A DNA stretch of 64,000 nucleotides from Alphaproteobacteria bacterium. GTDB lineage: Bacteria; Pseudomonadota; Alphaproteobacteria; UBA7887. Within the stretch, counting starts at the first letter, position 1; each line of letters opens with the position of its first letter. The stretch covers positions 4,096,001 through 4,160,000 of the forward strand of contig CBDCGL010000011.1 in assembly GCA_965216755.1 (NCBI GenBank), read 5' to 3'. The notes under the pieces were generated by a model. That model was not told the DNA's origin. It saw only the letters and a program-made list of their open reading frames with translations, and ran no database searches. Both the position numbers and the translations under genes were made by a program. Shown here in pieces: positions 21,188 through 31,809 of this stretch.

Positions 21188-22255
21188 ATGACGCATGCAT
21201 TTGCGGTCTCTGGCCTGGCTCTCGCGCTGACGGTTGCGGCGGTGCCGTTTGTCGGCCCAGCTTTGGCCATCGACGAGAAGGAGTTCAGGATCGTCGGGAC
21301 CTGGGGAAATCTGTTCGCCTGGAAGGAATTTGAAAATCGATTTTGGACCGAAGACTTGCCGAACGCGTCAGGTGGCAAACTGACCGCGAATGCCAAGCCA
21401 TATACGGAACTTGGCCTGTCGGGTTTCGAAGTCGTTCGTCTCCTGAAACTTGGCGCGTACGACGCCGCGCACGCGGTGACCACCTATGCCGCGCAGGATG
21501 CGCCTGAACTTGAAGGCATCGATCTAGCCGGCGTGTTCCAGGACTTCCCAACTTATCGCAAGGCCATCAACGCCTATCGACCCGTGATCGAAGAGGCGCT
21601 GGCGTCGAAGTACAACGCCAAGCTCCTGATGATGTATGCGTTCCCAAGCCAGCAGCTTTGGTGCAATTTGCAAGCGGGTTCGGGCGCGTCGCTTAAAGAC
21701 CTTGAAGGCATGAAGATCCGGACCTACTCGTCGACGCTCGGCGACTTCATCGAAGGGCTCGGCGCAAGCGCCGTGACGATTGCGTTCGCCGAAGTTGTGC
21801 CCGCCCTGCAGAAGGGCGTTGCGGACTGCGGCATCACCGGTACAACACCGGCCTACAATGCCAAGTGGTGGCAGGTCGCAAACACCAATATCCGTATTCG
21901 GCTCGGCTATGCCGCCACTTTCGGTGCGATGAACATGTCGGTCTGGCAGGGGCTTTCGCAAGAGTCCCGGGACACGATCATGGAGGCGGCCCAAAAGCTT
22001 GAGGACGAGATGTGGACCCGTATTGCGGAGCTCGACTTGATCGGCATGAACTGCAACGCAAGCGGGCCCTGCCCGATGGGCGATCCCGGCGGCATGACGC
22101 CGGTCGAACCATCCGATGCCGACAAGGCGCAGCTGAAGGACATCGTCACGAATTTCGTGCTGAAACGTTTCGCAAAACGGTGCGGTAAGGCCTGCGCTGA
22201 GACGTGGAACGCGACGGTTGGCGAAGTCGCCGGCATCCACGCGCCGATCGACTAA
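21188..22255 (+). CDS. dctP: TRAP transporter substrate-binding protein (DctP family)
   Basis: Signal peptide; DLEGMKIR, LGASAVTIAFAEVVPALQKGVADC. Confidence 0.9.
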   Translation: MTHAFAVSGLALALTVAAVPFVGPALAIDEKEFRIVGTWGNLFAWKEFENRFWTEDLPNASGGKLTANAKPYTELGLSGFEVVRLLKLGAYDAAHAVTTYAAQDAPELEGIDLAGVFQDFPTYRKAINAYRPVIEEALASKYNAKLLMMYAFPSQQLWCNLQAGSGASLKDLEGMKIRTYSSTLGDFIEGLGASAVTIAFAEVVPALQKGVADCGITGTTPAYNAKWWQVANTNIRIRLGYAATFGAMNMSVWQGLSQESRDTIMEAAQKLEDEMWTRIAELDLIGMNCNASGPCPMGDPGGMTPVEPSDADKAQLKDIVTNFVLKRFAKRCGKACAETWNATVGEVAGIHAPID

Positions 22256-22320
22256 CGGCCAGGCATTTGGCCTTCGGGGCCCACAGTCGGCCGTGATATT
22301 TTCGTCCAGGGGAACTTCCG

Positions 22321-22932
22321 TTGTACGCCTTTGAGACGATACACGGCGGGCTCGAAAAGATATCCCGCTTCGCCGTCTGGGTCGGCGGCTCAGCCCTGTT
22401 GGCGGCCGCGATCATGGTCACGGGCGACGTGCTGTCGCGTAAGTTCTTCGGCATCACCATGAGCGGCTCGGACGAGATCTCGGGGTACATCTTCGCCGGC
22501 GGCACAACCTGGGCCTACTCGTACTGCGCTATCCACAGGTCGAACATTCGCATTGACGCGCTCTACAATCTGCTGCCCAGGGCCGTGCGCGCCATCCTCG
22601 ATGTCGTCGGGCTCAGTTTGCTGTTTGCCTATATAGCGCTGCTGACCGTGCGCGGTTGGCAGGTGTTCGCGACCTCATATGAGCAAAACTCCGTCGCCAT
22701 TTCGACGCTGGCGACGCCGCTCTGGATCCCACAATTGTTCTGGATCACAGGGCTTTCCCTATTCCTCATCACGCTGGGGTTCCTGATCCTTTATTCCGGC
22801 CTTGCCCTCATCAGGGGGCAGCTGGGCACGGTGCAAGCCGTCGCCGGCACGTTGACCGTTCGGGAAGAGATCGCGGAAGAGACACACGGCATCGAGGAGC
22901 TCAAAGACACGCGTAAGGTCGGGAGCGACTGA
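22321..22932 (+). CDS. TRAP transporter small permease (DctQ)
   Basis: Four TM helices; DVLSRK, SDEISGY, NIRID, TPLWIPQ. Confidence 0.88.
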   Translation: MYAFETIHGGLEKISRFAVWVGGSALLAAAIMVTGDVLSRKFFGITMSGSDEISGYIFAGGTTWAYSYCAIHRSNIRIDALYNLLPRAVRAILDVVGLSLLFAYIALLTVRGWQVFATSYEQNSVAISTLATPLWIPQLFWITGLSLFLITLGFLILYSGLALIRGQLGTVQAVAGTLTVREEIAEETHGIEELKDTRKVGSD

Positions 22933-22933
22933 C

Positions 22934-24223
22934 GTGGCCGGTTGGATCGTCGTCGCGCTCCTGGTCCTCGTTGTCGCCGCAGTCCCGGTCGCGGCGGTTC
23001 TCGGTATCCTCGCGATAGGTCTCGACCACGTCTATATGGACGGCCGCCTGTCGGTGGCAATCGGCGAATTCACCTGGGACAAAAGCAAGGAGTTCATCCT
23101 TGTCGCGATCCCAATGTTCATTCTGCTCGGCGAGATCATGCTGCGGGCTGGGATCGCGCGGCGCATGTACAACGCGGTGGCGCATTGGCTGTCGTGGCTG
23201 CCGGGCGGTCTGATGCACGCCAATATCGGATCCTGTGCGATCTTCGCCGCGTCCTCCGGTTCAAGCGTGGCCACCGCCGCCACGGTCGGAACCGTTGCCT
23301 ATCCCGAGATCACCAAACGCCATTACAACGAGTCGCTCTTTCTCGGTTCGCTCGCGGCCGGCGGCACGCTCGGAATCCTCATTCCGCCGTCGATCAACCT
23401 CATTATCTACGGCCTGATTACCGATACCTCGGTACCCGAGCTCTATCTCGCCGGCATCGTCCCGGGTTTGATCCTGTCCAGCCTGTTCATTTTCATCATC
23501 TTGGTCGCGTGCCTCGCTCGCCGCGACTGGGGGGGCAAACCGGTCGAGTCAAGTTGGCGGGACCGCATCCGCGCACTGCCGGACCTGCTCCCCCCGATCT
23601 TATTGTTCGGCGTCGTGGTCGGCTCGATCTACGCCGGCGTCGCGACACCGACCGAAGCGGCTTCGGTGGGTGTTTGTTTCGCGCTGCTGCTGGCAGCCTG
23701 GAATCGAACGCTCACGTTTTCGATGCTACGCGAAGCATTCGAGGGCACCATGCGGACCACGGCGATGATCATGCTCATCATACTTGTGGCAGTGTTCCTG
23801 AACTTCATCCTCGGCTTCATGGGCGTGACCCAAGCGCTGATCGGCTTCATCGAGGAACTCGGGTTGACGCCGCTGCAGACGATGATCCTGATCGTGATCT
23901 TCTATTTGATTCTCGGCATGTTCATGGAGACGCTGTCGATGTTGCTGACGACGGTGCCGATCATTTTTCCCCTCATTACACAGCTCGGTTTCGATGGCGT
24001 CTGGTTCGGGATAATGATAACGGTGTTGATGGAGGCGGCGCTGATCACACCGCCAATCGGGGTGAACCTTTACGTGGTCCACGGTATTCGGTCGCGTGGT
24101 GGCCGGTTCAATGACGTGGCCTTCGGCGCGTTACCGTTCGTCATCATGATGATCGTGATGGTGGCCTTGCTGATCGCGTTCCCGCAGATCGCACTTTTTC
24201 TGCCAACGCTGGTCTACCGATAA
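22934..24223 (+). CDS. TRAP transporter large permease (DctM)
   Basis: AIPMFILLG, SGSSVATAAT, GGTLGILIPPS, TPTEAA, ITPPIGVNLYV. Confidence 0.93.
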   Translation: MAGWIVVALLVLVVAAVPVAAVLGILAIGLDHVYMDGRLSVAIGEFTWDKSKEFILVAIPMFILLGEIMLRAGIARRMYNAVAHWLSWLPGGLMHANIGSCAIFAASSGSSVATAATVGTVAYPEITKRHYNESLFLGSLAAGGTLGILIPPSINLIIYGLITDTSVPELYLAGIVPGLILSSLFIFIILVACLARRDWGGKPVESSWRDRIRALPDLLPPILLFGVVVGSIYAGVATPTEAASVGVCFALLLAAWNRTLTFSMLREAFEGTMRTTAMIMLIILVAVFLNFILGFMGVTQALIGFIEELGLTPLQTMILIVIFYLILGMFMETLSMLLTTVPIIFPLITQLGFDGVWFGIMITVLMEAALITPPIGVNLYVVHGIRSRGGRFNDVAFGALPFVIMMIVMVALLIAFPQIALFLPTLVYR

Positions 24224-24462
24224 TCTAACGAGTTTTCACCTGCCTCATTGCGGCCGTTCTCGTTGGTCATCAAGTCTACAAGAACGCTGCGCCTCCTTCT
24301 CAGCCATACACCGGAGCAGCGTTCTGCGCCCTTTTGTGGCTATGACTTTTGTCGCTATGAGCCCGCGTGCTTTGCCGGTCCGCCGACAGCCGCAATACCC
24401 CCGATCGCGGGCCTAAGCGCACGCACTCGGCCGGCGACTCTGGACTTATGACTTTTTCGAGT

Positions 24463-25341
24463 TCAATTGAGAGGATTTGCAGCGCTGATTACCCAAGATG
24501 AGCTATCCATGACAATTCCTTCATCGGAGACCTTCTGTAGATCGATCGCTTCGGCGAGCGCTGCTTCTATCTCGGCGCGCCTGTGCTCGGCCTCTCTTCC
24601 AGCCTCTCTGAAAACCTCGCCAGCAGGGCCAATTGCCAGTTGAAAAGCAACGGCGTCCTCCACGTCGTTGCCAATCAACACCTGCGCGTCCACCCGGCGA
24701 AACTCGATGTCCTCGTAGCCGGCCGACCGCATCATTCCGCGAACCGTTTGCTCGTTTGACATAGAAAACGGGCCTGGACCGCAAGTTTGAGCATCTTCTC
24801 CCGGCGGCGGCAGAAACCTCAGGACTACGTCCTTCGCCATTGATAGCCACGGATTGTCTTCTCGGTCGCGCCAGACGATATGCACCATCCGGCCACCCGG
24901 CCTTAAGGCAAGCCGCATATTCCGCATCGCCACCACGGGATTGGTGAAAAACATGGTGCCGAAACGAGAGAACACAAAATCGAATTCATTTATTGGCAAC
25001 GCAATCTCCGCATCGCCTCTTTGAAAGCTGACGTTGGAAATTTCCTTCTCGCTGGCATCCTCTTTCGCGAAGTCCAAGAAAGCATCGCAGCAATCAATCC
25101 CGACCACATGACCGGTAGGTCCGACCAACTTGGCTAGTTTGATCGCGGTATCGCCAAAACCGCAACCAACATCCAACACCCTGTCGCCTTCCTGGACGGG
25201 AAGCGTCGGAAATATCGCTTCACTGTGATGTGTCAAACCATCGACCAAGACGTGCTTAAACCGAATGAATTTCGGCGCCAAAACCTCATTCCAAAACCTA
25301 ACAAATTCAGTGTCTTCGTTTGCGAACGCGGGCTCGCTCAT
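24463..25341 (-). CDS. Class I SAM-dependent methyltransferase
   Basis: VLDVGCGFG motif I, FDFVFSRFGTMFF, LRPGGR. Confidence 0.9.
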   Translation of the reverse strand: MSEPAFANEDTEFVRFWNEVLAPKFIRFKHVLVDGLTHHSEAIFPTLPVQEGDRVLDVGCGFGDTAIKLAKLVGPTGHVVGIDCCDAFLDFAKEDASEKEISNVSFQRGDAEIALPINEFDFVFSRFGTMFFTNPVVAMRNMRLALRPGGRMVHIVWRDREDNPWLSMAKDVVLRFLPPPGEDAQTCGPGPFSMSNEQTVRGMMRSAGYEDIEFRRVDAQVLIGNDVEDAVAFQLAIGPAGEVFREAGREAEHRRAEIEAALAEAIDLQKVSDEGIVMDSSSWVISAANPLN

Positions 25342-25724
25342 CTCACCATTCCTCGTGCCAAAGAAGGGTTAGCCGCACAAATGACACGGACATTCTTTTT
25401 GTAGGCGATCCGAAATGCAAGATGGAAGGTTCCATTACAGGGTTCTGGTAATTCGCAGGCCTATGTCTTGCGCCCATGTGTAACCTCAAGCGTCATCACA
25501 ATGCGCAAAATCACGCTGTCGTCACAGGACCGCTTAGGGCAGCTCTTGGCTAGTTCTAACCGTCTGACCTGGTTGGAAAATATGTCAGCCAAGGCACCCA
25601 CACCGGACGATCGATCTACTTTCTGGCCTCAACCGCCCCCAACGCCGCGTCGACTTTCTTGCCGATCCGATAGCGTTCCAGCGCTGTCCGGCCACGCGGC
25701 CAGGCCTCGGATGGGGCGTCCAAT

Positions 25725-25871
25725 TCGATCAGGCGGGCGACAAATCGTCGACGTTCTTCCATGACCGAACTCTCTTTCCACGGCATCAACACCTCCGGCC
25801 CCACGAATTTGGCCAAAAGTGTTACCGATGTGTCCGGTACAAAACGTCACCTATCTCTCAGGTCGGTCACA
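25725..25871 (-). mobile_element. IS481-family left end with truncated transposase start
   Basis: Minus strand begins TGTGACCGACC with repeated GGTGAC/GGTAAC motifs; ATG 25786 gives MPWKESSVMEERRRFVARLIE, a typical IS481 N-terminus, then similarity stops. Confidence 0.75.
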
Positions 25872-26788
25872 ATGTCTTGTGGCAGATTTAATTCCTGATG
25901 GATCTGGTCGAGTGACCAAGAAGCGACCAGCGGGTTGGAGTATGCTGAAACCTGCCCGACGTCCTCACACTACTCGGGCTCACCGCCACGGAAGACCCTG
26001 TCGTGCATCGCCACGATCCAATTCCCGTGGCTGTGAAAACTATCGCCTGGCACGTCGGCGGGCTTTGTCTCCCGAAACATACCCAGTTCGCTACCGGCCA
26101 GTTCAATCGCCTTCAGGGCACCGTGACTGGAAAGTCCCTAAGCTTGGACTGCTTTGCCCCACAAACCGGAGCTGGGCTCCATCTGCCTCCGATGCGTGCT
26201 GTTGTGAAGTGTTCAATGACCCTAACGCGACATTTGTCACCCAAGTCAGTTGCCTACCCATGCGGAATGGGCCTATTCCACGGTGCCCCAATCATCCGCA
26301 AACACGGGAGGCATTCGAACGATGGTACCGGGTCGCCAAGGACCGGCTACTGTCAGAGGCCGGTTTTCCGCCATACGACCCCAGGCCCAGATTCAAGTGT
26401 TCGTCGGCGACGACCATCAATGGCGATATCATGAGAGCCTCGACATCTAGCACCTGTCGGTGTCTATTGCGGGCGGGGAATGACTCCACTCCTGGCACGG
26501 AAGGGAATCGAATGGCAAGCCGTTTGAGTATGGCGCGTTCGTTACGTCAAAGCCGCCACCTAACCGAAGAGCCAGATGAACCTGACGCGCCGTCATCGAA
26601 CGGGATACGGTGTCATAATGAGTCTGACAACTGACATTATGTTCATTCTCGATATTGTGCGCCCGAAGCGGGGTCGTCACAGCTGGATAATCGCTACAAT
26701 GCCCCCAGTATCTGAAGCACCATGGTGAGGCTTCTCCAGGTAAGCGTGTGTTGAAAACTGGGAAGATCAGGACAACACAAAGGCCGCT

Positions 26789-27706
26789 ATGTCACTCGCG
26801 CGCTACAGATACTTTGAGAAAGTCGCACGACTTGGTTCGATCCGTAGGGCTGCTGAAGTTCTCCACGTTGCCCCATCGGCAATCAGCCGCCAGATCGGCC
26901 TTCTTGAAGATGAGTTCGGAACCGAACTGCTTGAACGTGGCACGCGCGGAGTGCGCTTGACATCCAGTGGAGAGGTTCTTCTCCGACAAGCCTGCAACAT
27001 TCTTGACGCGCATAACCAAGCAAGATCCTCAATCGACGATCTTGGTAAATTGAGGCGCGGACATGTCTGTGTGTGGAGCATGGAGGGGATGGTGAAGGAT
27101 TTCGTCGCTCCGGTTCTTGCAGAATTCCAGTCCGAATTTCCTGGAGTCACCGCCGAGCTTATTATCGCAAGTTCCGACAGAGTTGACGAAGCGCTTTTGC
27201 GCGATGATGCCGATATCGGGATTTCTTTTAATGCGCCCGTCGCTCAAGGAGTAACCGCAAAAGCCGAAATCGCGGATCCATTATTCGTTGTCATGCACCC
27301 AGACCATGATAATGCGAAGAAATCTAAGCTCTCGCTTCATGACTTGGTCGATTGGCCGATTGCCTTGGCAGAGAAATCATTTGGAATCCGCCACGCCGTA
27401 GACGCGGTAGCCGCTGCACTGAACCTGGATTTGAGGCCGGCGCTTGTCACAAACTCGATCGAGGCGTTGCGGGAATTCGCCCGGCTTGGCACAGGGGTTA
27501 CGATCCTGACGAAACTATGGGTGAAGCAAGACTTGGAAATGCAGCGTCTTGCTGCAGTCCCCTTTCGCGAGCAAGAATTGCGGGAAACTGGTGTGAAAAT
27601 CTGCATACGGCAAAATCGGCGACTTCCTATCGCCACGTCCGAGTTGCTCCGGCGTTTCGCGAAAGCTAGCCAGAATGCGTTTACGCCTGTAGGGGGCGGG
27701 AAGTAG
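26789..27706 (+). CDS. LysR-family transcriptional regulator
   Basis: HTH GSIRRAAEVLHVAPSAISRQIGLLE; substrate-binding domain; 305 aa. Confidence 0.93.
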   Translation: MSLARYRYFEKVARLGSIRRAAEVLHVAPSAISRQIGLLEDEFGTELLERGTRGVRLTSSGEVLLRQACNILDAHNQARSSIDDLGKLRRGHVCVWSMEGMVKDFVAPVLAEFQSEFPGVTAELIIASSDRVDEALLRDDADIGISFNAPVAQGVTAKAEIADPLFVVMHPDHDNAKKSKLSLHDLVDWPIALAEKSFGIRHAVDAVAAALNLDLRPALVTNSIEALREFARLGTGVTILTKLWVKQDLEMQRLAAVPFREQELRETGVKICIRQNRRLPIATSELLRRFAKASQNAFTPVGGGK

Positions 27707-27731
27707 GGTGTAAGCAAATCGAGGATTCAGA

Positions 27732-27765
27732 TTGGCATCGGTCTGGCCGGTCAAACCGATGCCAA
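27732..27765. terminator. Hairpin between convergent lysR and sdaA remnant
   Basis: TTGGCATCGGT / ACCGATGCCAA perfect 11-bp arms. Confidence 0.55.
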
Positions 27766-27812
27766 CTAAGCGTCAAACGATCTAACGCTGTCCCGTGCTC
27801 CCGCGTATTTTG

Positions 27813-28751
27813 TCAGCACTCCGGCAGATTGACAGCCAGGCCACCAAGGCTGGTCTCTTTGTATTTCTCGCTCATATCCACGCCGGTCCGGCGCATGCTC
27901 TCGATGCAGTTATCAAGCGGCATGAAGTGTGTTCCATCACCCCGTAGCGCGAGCGAGGCAGCCGCAACCGCCTTGATCGCACCCAGCCCGTTGCGCTCGA
28001 TGCAAGGTACCTGAACGAGCCCGTTCACCGGGTCACAGGTCAAGCCGAGATGATGCGCAAGCGCGATTTCGGCGGCGTTCTCGATTTGCGCATTGGTCCC
28101 GCCAAGGACGGCGCAAAGACCGGCGGCGGCCATCGCCGAGGCGGATCCGATCTCGCCTTGGCAGCCAACCTCGGCGCTTGAGATAGAGGCGTTGTGCTTG
28201 ATAAGTCCGCCGATGGCCGCGGCGGTCAGCAGGAATTCACCGATCTTCACCGGCGCGGCATCCGCGCAATGGTCAAAATAGTAGCGCAGCACGGCGGGGG
28301 TCGCGCCTGCGGCTCCGTTTGTGGGCGCTGTTACAATGCGACTACCGGCGGCATTTTCCTCGTTAACCACCATGGCGTAGACCGAAATCCAGTCATTCAC
28401 CGCATGGGGATTGGTTTCGTTGCGTCCCACTTCAGCGGCCAGTTGGGCGCGCATTGCGGCGGTCCTGCGGCGCACTTTCAATCCACCTGGCAACTCGCCT
28501 TGGCGGTTCAGTCCGCGCTCGATGGAATCGCGCATCACCCTCCAAATCGTTTTAAGCCTGCCGTCCAGTTCGTCGGCCGACCGCACGCACAGTTCGTTCG
28601 CCCGCTTCATCTCGGCGACGGTCTTGCCGAAAGTATCACCAAGGTGCTTCATCTGGGCAGCGTTGGAGAAGGGATGGGGCAATTTGTTTTAGGTGCCGGC
28701 GGCTTATCGGCACGAAGCCGTTCCATCCCTTGCTCAGTCAATACGAAGCCG
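27813..28751 (-). pseudogene. sdaA: L-serine dehydratase, C-terminal (alpha-domain) remnant
   Basis: [50 protein letters not shown]-terminal half missing: begins at GFVLTE, then frameshifts into LPHPFSNA. Confidence 0.85.
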
Positions 28752-29122
28752 CGGCGTCAGTGCTTCGCCAAAGGCCACGGCCTTGGCGGCAATCACGTGC
28801 ATCAACGGGCCGCTCTGAAGACCAGGGAAAACAGCAGAGTTGATCTTCTCCAGCGCCCCGTCATTGGTCAGAATCAACCCGCAGCGCGGACCACGCAGTG
28901 TCTTGTGCGTAGCCGACGTCACCACATGTGCGTGCGGTAGCGGCGAGGGATGATGCCCGTCGCCACGAGACCGGCGATGCGCGCCATGTCAACCAGCAAC
29001 CACGCGTCTACGCCGTCGGCGATTTGCCGAAACTTGCCGAAATCAATCACCCGCGAATAGGCCGATGCGCCCGCAATTATCATCTTTGGCTTCGCGGCCT
29101 CGGCCTGGCGCGCGGCTTCCGC
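28752..29122 (-). pseudogene. glyA: Serine hydroxymethyltransferase internal remnant
   Basis: [14 protein letters not shown]...[11 protein letters not shown], frameshift, then [23 protein letters not shown]...[18 protein letters not shown]; both ends missing. Confidence 0.88.
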
Positions 29123-29868
29123 GGCGAGGGCGGCGGCGAGTGGCCTGTCGTGGTCCGTTGTCCGAAATAGGCCGCATGCACGGCATCGCTATCCAAAAGC
29201 TCAGCCGCAGAACCCGACGCGACGATGCGACCCTTGGACAGGACGTAACCGCGGTCTGCAATATCCAGTGTTTGCCGTACATTTTGCTCGACAAGGAATA
29301 TGGTCACGCCGCGCTCTTTGATGCGCTGGATGGTGGCGAAATTCTCTTCGACCAGAAGTGGCGACAGTCCGAGAGAAGGCTCATCGATCAACAACAGCGA
29401 CGGCGCCGCCATGAGCCCCCTACCAATCGACACCATCGCTTGTTCGCCACCCGACAATGTACCAGCTAACTGCCATCGACGTTCGCGCAAACGTGGAAAC
29501 ACATCGAAGACCTCGACCATTCGCGCGCCGACCACCTGGCGCTGCGTTTCCTTGTAGCCGCCGATAATGAGGTTTTCTTCCACGCTGAGCTTGGGAAACA
29601 TCTTGCGGCCTTCGGGGATGCAGGAGATGCCGGTCCGGACAATGCGGTGAGTCGGCAAGCGCGTAATGTCTCGGCCACCGAATGTCGTGCGGCCGCGTCG
29701 GGCACGGGTCAGACCCAAGATGGTGCGGATCAGCGTGGTCTTGCCCGACCCGTTCGATCCCAGCAGACAGGTGATCGCACCGGCCTCGACGGTCAGCGAC
29801 ACGCCTTCGAGCACATCGGCTCTGTCGTAGCCGGCATAGACGCCCTCGACGGTCAGGTCGGCTGTCAT
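29080..29868 (-). CDS. HAAT/LIV-type ABC transporter ATPase (LivF-like)
   Basis: [24 protein letters not shown]; C-terminus extends past AYFG into the glyA remnant. Confidence 0.9.
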   Translation of the reverse strand: MTADLTVEGVYAGYDRADVLEGVSLTVEAGAITCLLGSNGSGKTTLIRTILGLTRARRGRTTFGGRDITRLPTHRIVRTGISCIPEGRKMFPKLSVEENLIIGGYKETQRQVVGARMVEVFDVFPRLRERRWQLAGTLSGGEQAMVSIGRGLMAAPSLLLIDEPSLGLSPLLVEENFATIQRIKERGVTIFLVEQNVRQTLDIADRGYVLSKGRIVASGSAAELLDSDAVHAAYFGQRTTTGHSPPPSPRKPRARPRPRSQR

Positions 29869-29869
29869 G

Positions 29870-30643
29870 TTATGCCTCGCCCAAATAAGCCGTGCGCACG
29901 TCGGCGGCGGCGGCGATCTCGCTATACGTCCCCTCGGCAATGAGTCGGCCATAGTTGAGAACTGCGCAGCGGTCGGTGACGCGTTCGATCACGCCCATCT
30001 CATGCTCTACGATGACAATCGATATGCCCGCGATACGCTCACGAACGGCGAGGATGTCGTCCATCAATTCGCGGGTTTCCTCGTGCGTCATTCCGGCCGA
30101 CGGCTCGTCCAACAACAACAGGCGGGGCTCGTTGATCAGTGCGCGGCAGATTTCTATCCGGCGCCGGTCGATCATGGGAAATCCCCCTGCCGGTTCGAAC
30201 AGACGGTCGCCTAATGTCGCACTGAACGTTCCCGCCAGCTCCCGGGCCTTCTCGACCCATAATTCGGCTTCGCGCCGGAACGCGCCTCGGCGCAATAGAT
30301 TGAAAACAAGGCCGTGGTTCAGACGCGCGTGGTTCCCGATCATCAGATTGTCGAAGATCGAGAGCGGCAGGCAAAGGCGCGAACGTTGAAACGTGCGCGC
30401 AATCCCGGCGCGGTATATGCGTTGCGGCGAATGACGTGAAATGTCGTGACCGTCGAAAACGATGCCACCGCCGCTCGCGCGATAGATTCCGGTAACGACA
30501 TTGAAGCAAGTCGTCTTGCCGGACCCGTTTGGACCGATCAGTCCGACAATCTCGGATTCACCGATGCTGAGCATCAATCCATCCAAGGCGACAACGCCGC
30601 CGAAACGCATGGTCAGGTCGTTCAGTTCGAGCAAGCCTGTCAT
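29870..30643 (-). CDS. HAAT/LIV-type ABC transporter ATPase (LivG-like)
   Basis: GPNGSGKTT, ARTFQ, LLLLDEPSAG, VEHEM, VRTAYLG. Confidence 0.92.
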   Translation of the reverse strand: MTGLLELNDLTMRFGGVVALDGLMLSIGESEIVGLIGPNGSGKTTCFNVVTGIYRASGGGIVFDGHDISRHSPQRIYRAGIARTFQRSRLCLPLSIFDNLMIGNHARLNHGLVFNLLRRGAFRREAELWVEKARELAGTFSATLGDRLFEPAGGFPMIDRRRIEICRALINEPRLLLLDEPSAGMTHEETRELMDDILAVRERIAGISIVIVEHEMGVIERVTDRCAVLNYGRLIAEGTYSEIAAAADVRTAYLGEA

Positions 30644-31803
30644 CGGCGCCCGAGCGCAGGGAAATATTCCCTTAGCTGGCGAGGTATCAATCCGCCCGGC
30701 CGGAATAACAGAATCAAAATCACAAGCGCCGCAAACAGCAGGTAACGGTATTCCTGAATGGCCTGCAGCTTCTCGGGAAGCACGATAACGATGGCACAGG
30801 CGAGCGCGGCGCCCCAAATACTGCCGAGCCCGCCGAGCACCACGATCGAAACGAATATCAGGGAATCGCCGAACGTAAAGTTATCCGGCGCGATATACCC
30901 GATCATCATGCCGAAAAGGGCGCCTGCCATCCCAATCAGAATGTTACCAGTGGTAAATGCGATGATCTTCCAGCGCACGATATTGACGCCGAAACACCGG
31001 GCGGCGACTTCGTCGAGCCGCAATGCATCCAGGTTGAGGCCGATCCACGACCGGTCAATTCGCCGGGTAATCCCAAAGGCGACGATCAGCAGGACAAGGG
31101 CACCGAGAACGTAGTTGATGTAGAATGACAGCTCGATGTCGTCCGACAGCTCGATCCATTCGTTGAACTCCCATCCGAGAATCGACATCCCCCCGACGGG
31201 CAACCCCTGGGGCCCGCCGAGCGCGTCGTTGACCTCGAGAAACGTCTTGAACAGGAGCACGAACGCGATTGTCACCAGGGCCGCATAATGGCCACGTGTT
31301 CTGAGCACGGGCCAGATGATCAGCGCGCCGATCGCGGCGGCGAAAAGCCCGCCGGCCAGAACAATAAGGATCGGCGCCAGCGCGCCGTGCTGTGTGAGAA
31401 TGGCGGCGGTATAACAACCGGTACCGAAGAATGCGGCGCCGGCGAAATTGAGCAAGCCCGCGAAACCGAGCTGAATGCTCAAGCCCAGACAGGCTACGAG
31501 ATAGATCAATACGGTCGCGATCAATAGCAGAACGAAGTCTTCCTCATAGAACACGCCCGTCATGACGATCACCGCGAAGAACGCGACCGTGTCGACCACA
31601 CCGCCTGCCCTCTTGCTTGCCTCGGTGAGCCGCGCACCAAGTGGCGACAACCCAACGGCGAGCGCGACCAGTCCCGCACCGCCCAGCATGATCAAGACCC
31701 AAGTCTCGGATTCGATCAACATGAAGACGATAGCGTAGGCGGTCGCGACGACGCCGAAGGCAAGCACCCAGAGACGATCGGCGAGTGTGCTGGATTCCGG
31801 CAT
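30640..31803 (-). CDS. HAAT/LIV-type ABC permease (LivM-like)
   Basis: GFAGLLNF, LRTRGHYAALVT, VVLGGLGS. Confidence 0.9.
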   Translation of the reverse strand: MPESSTLADRLWVLAFGVVATAYAIVFMLIESETWVLIMLGGAGLVALAVGLSPLGARLTEASKRAGGVVDTVAFFAVIVMTGVFYEEDFVLLLIATVLIYLVACLGLSIQLGFAGLLNFAGAAFFGTGCYTAAILTQHGALAPILIVLAGGLFAAAIGALIIWPVLRTRGHYAALVTIAFVLLFKTFLEVNDALGGPQGLPVGGMSILGWEFNEWIELSDDIELSFYINYVLGALVLLIVAFGITRRIDRSWIGLNLDALRLDEVAARCFGVNIVRWKIIAFTTGNILIGMAGALFGMMIGYIAPDNFTFGDSLIFVSIVVLGGLGSIWGAALACAIVIVLPEKLQAIQEYRYLLFAALVILILLFRPGGLIPRQLREYFPALGRR

Positions 31804-31809
31804 CGGATC

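Noticed and set aside
24330-24460. Recurrent TATGACTTTT words downstream of the methyltransferase
   Set aside because: Two short copies with no consistent spacing or structure; insufficient for a cassette-site claim.
25819-26634. 271-aa plus-strand ORF
   Set aside because: Starts inside the IS481 end, Arg/Pro/Ser-rich, no recognisable motif; likely spurious.
28752-29122. glyA remnant as alpha-methylserine hydroxymethyltransferase
   Set aside because: It keeps canonical GlyA segments ([27 protein letters not shown]); nothing supports the specialised enzyme.
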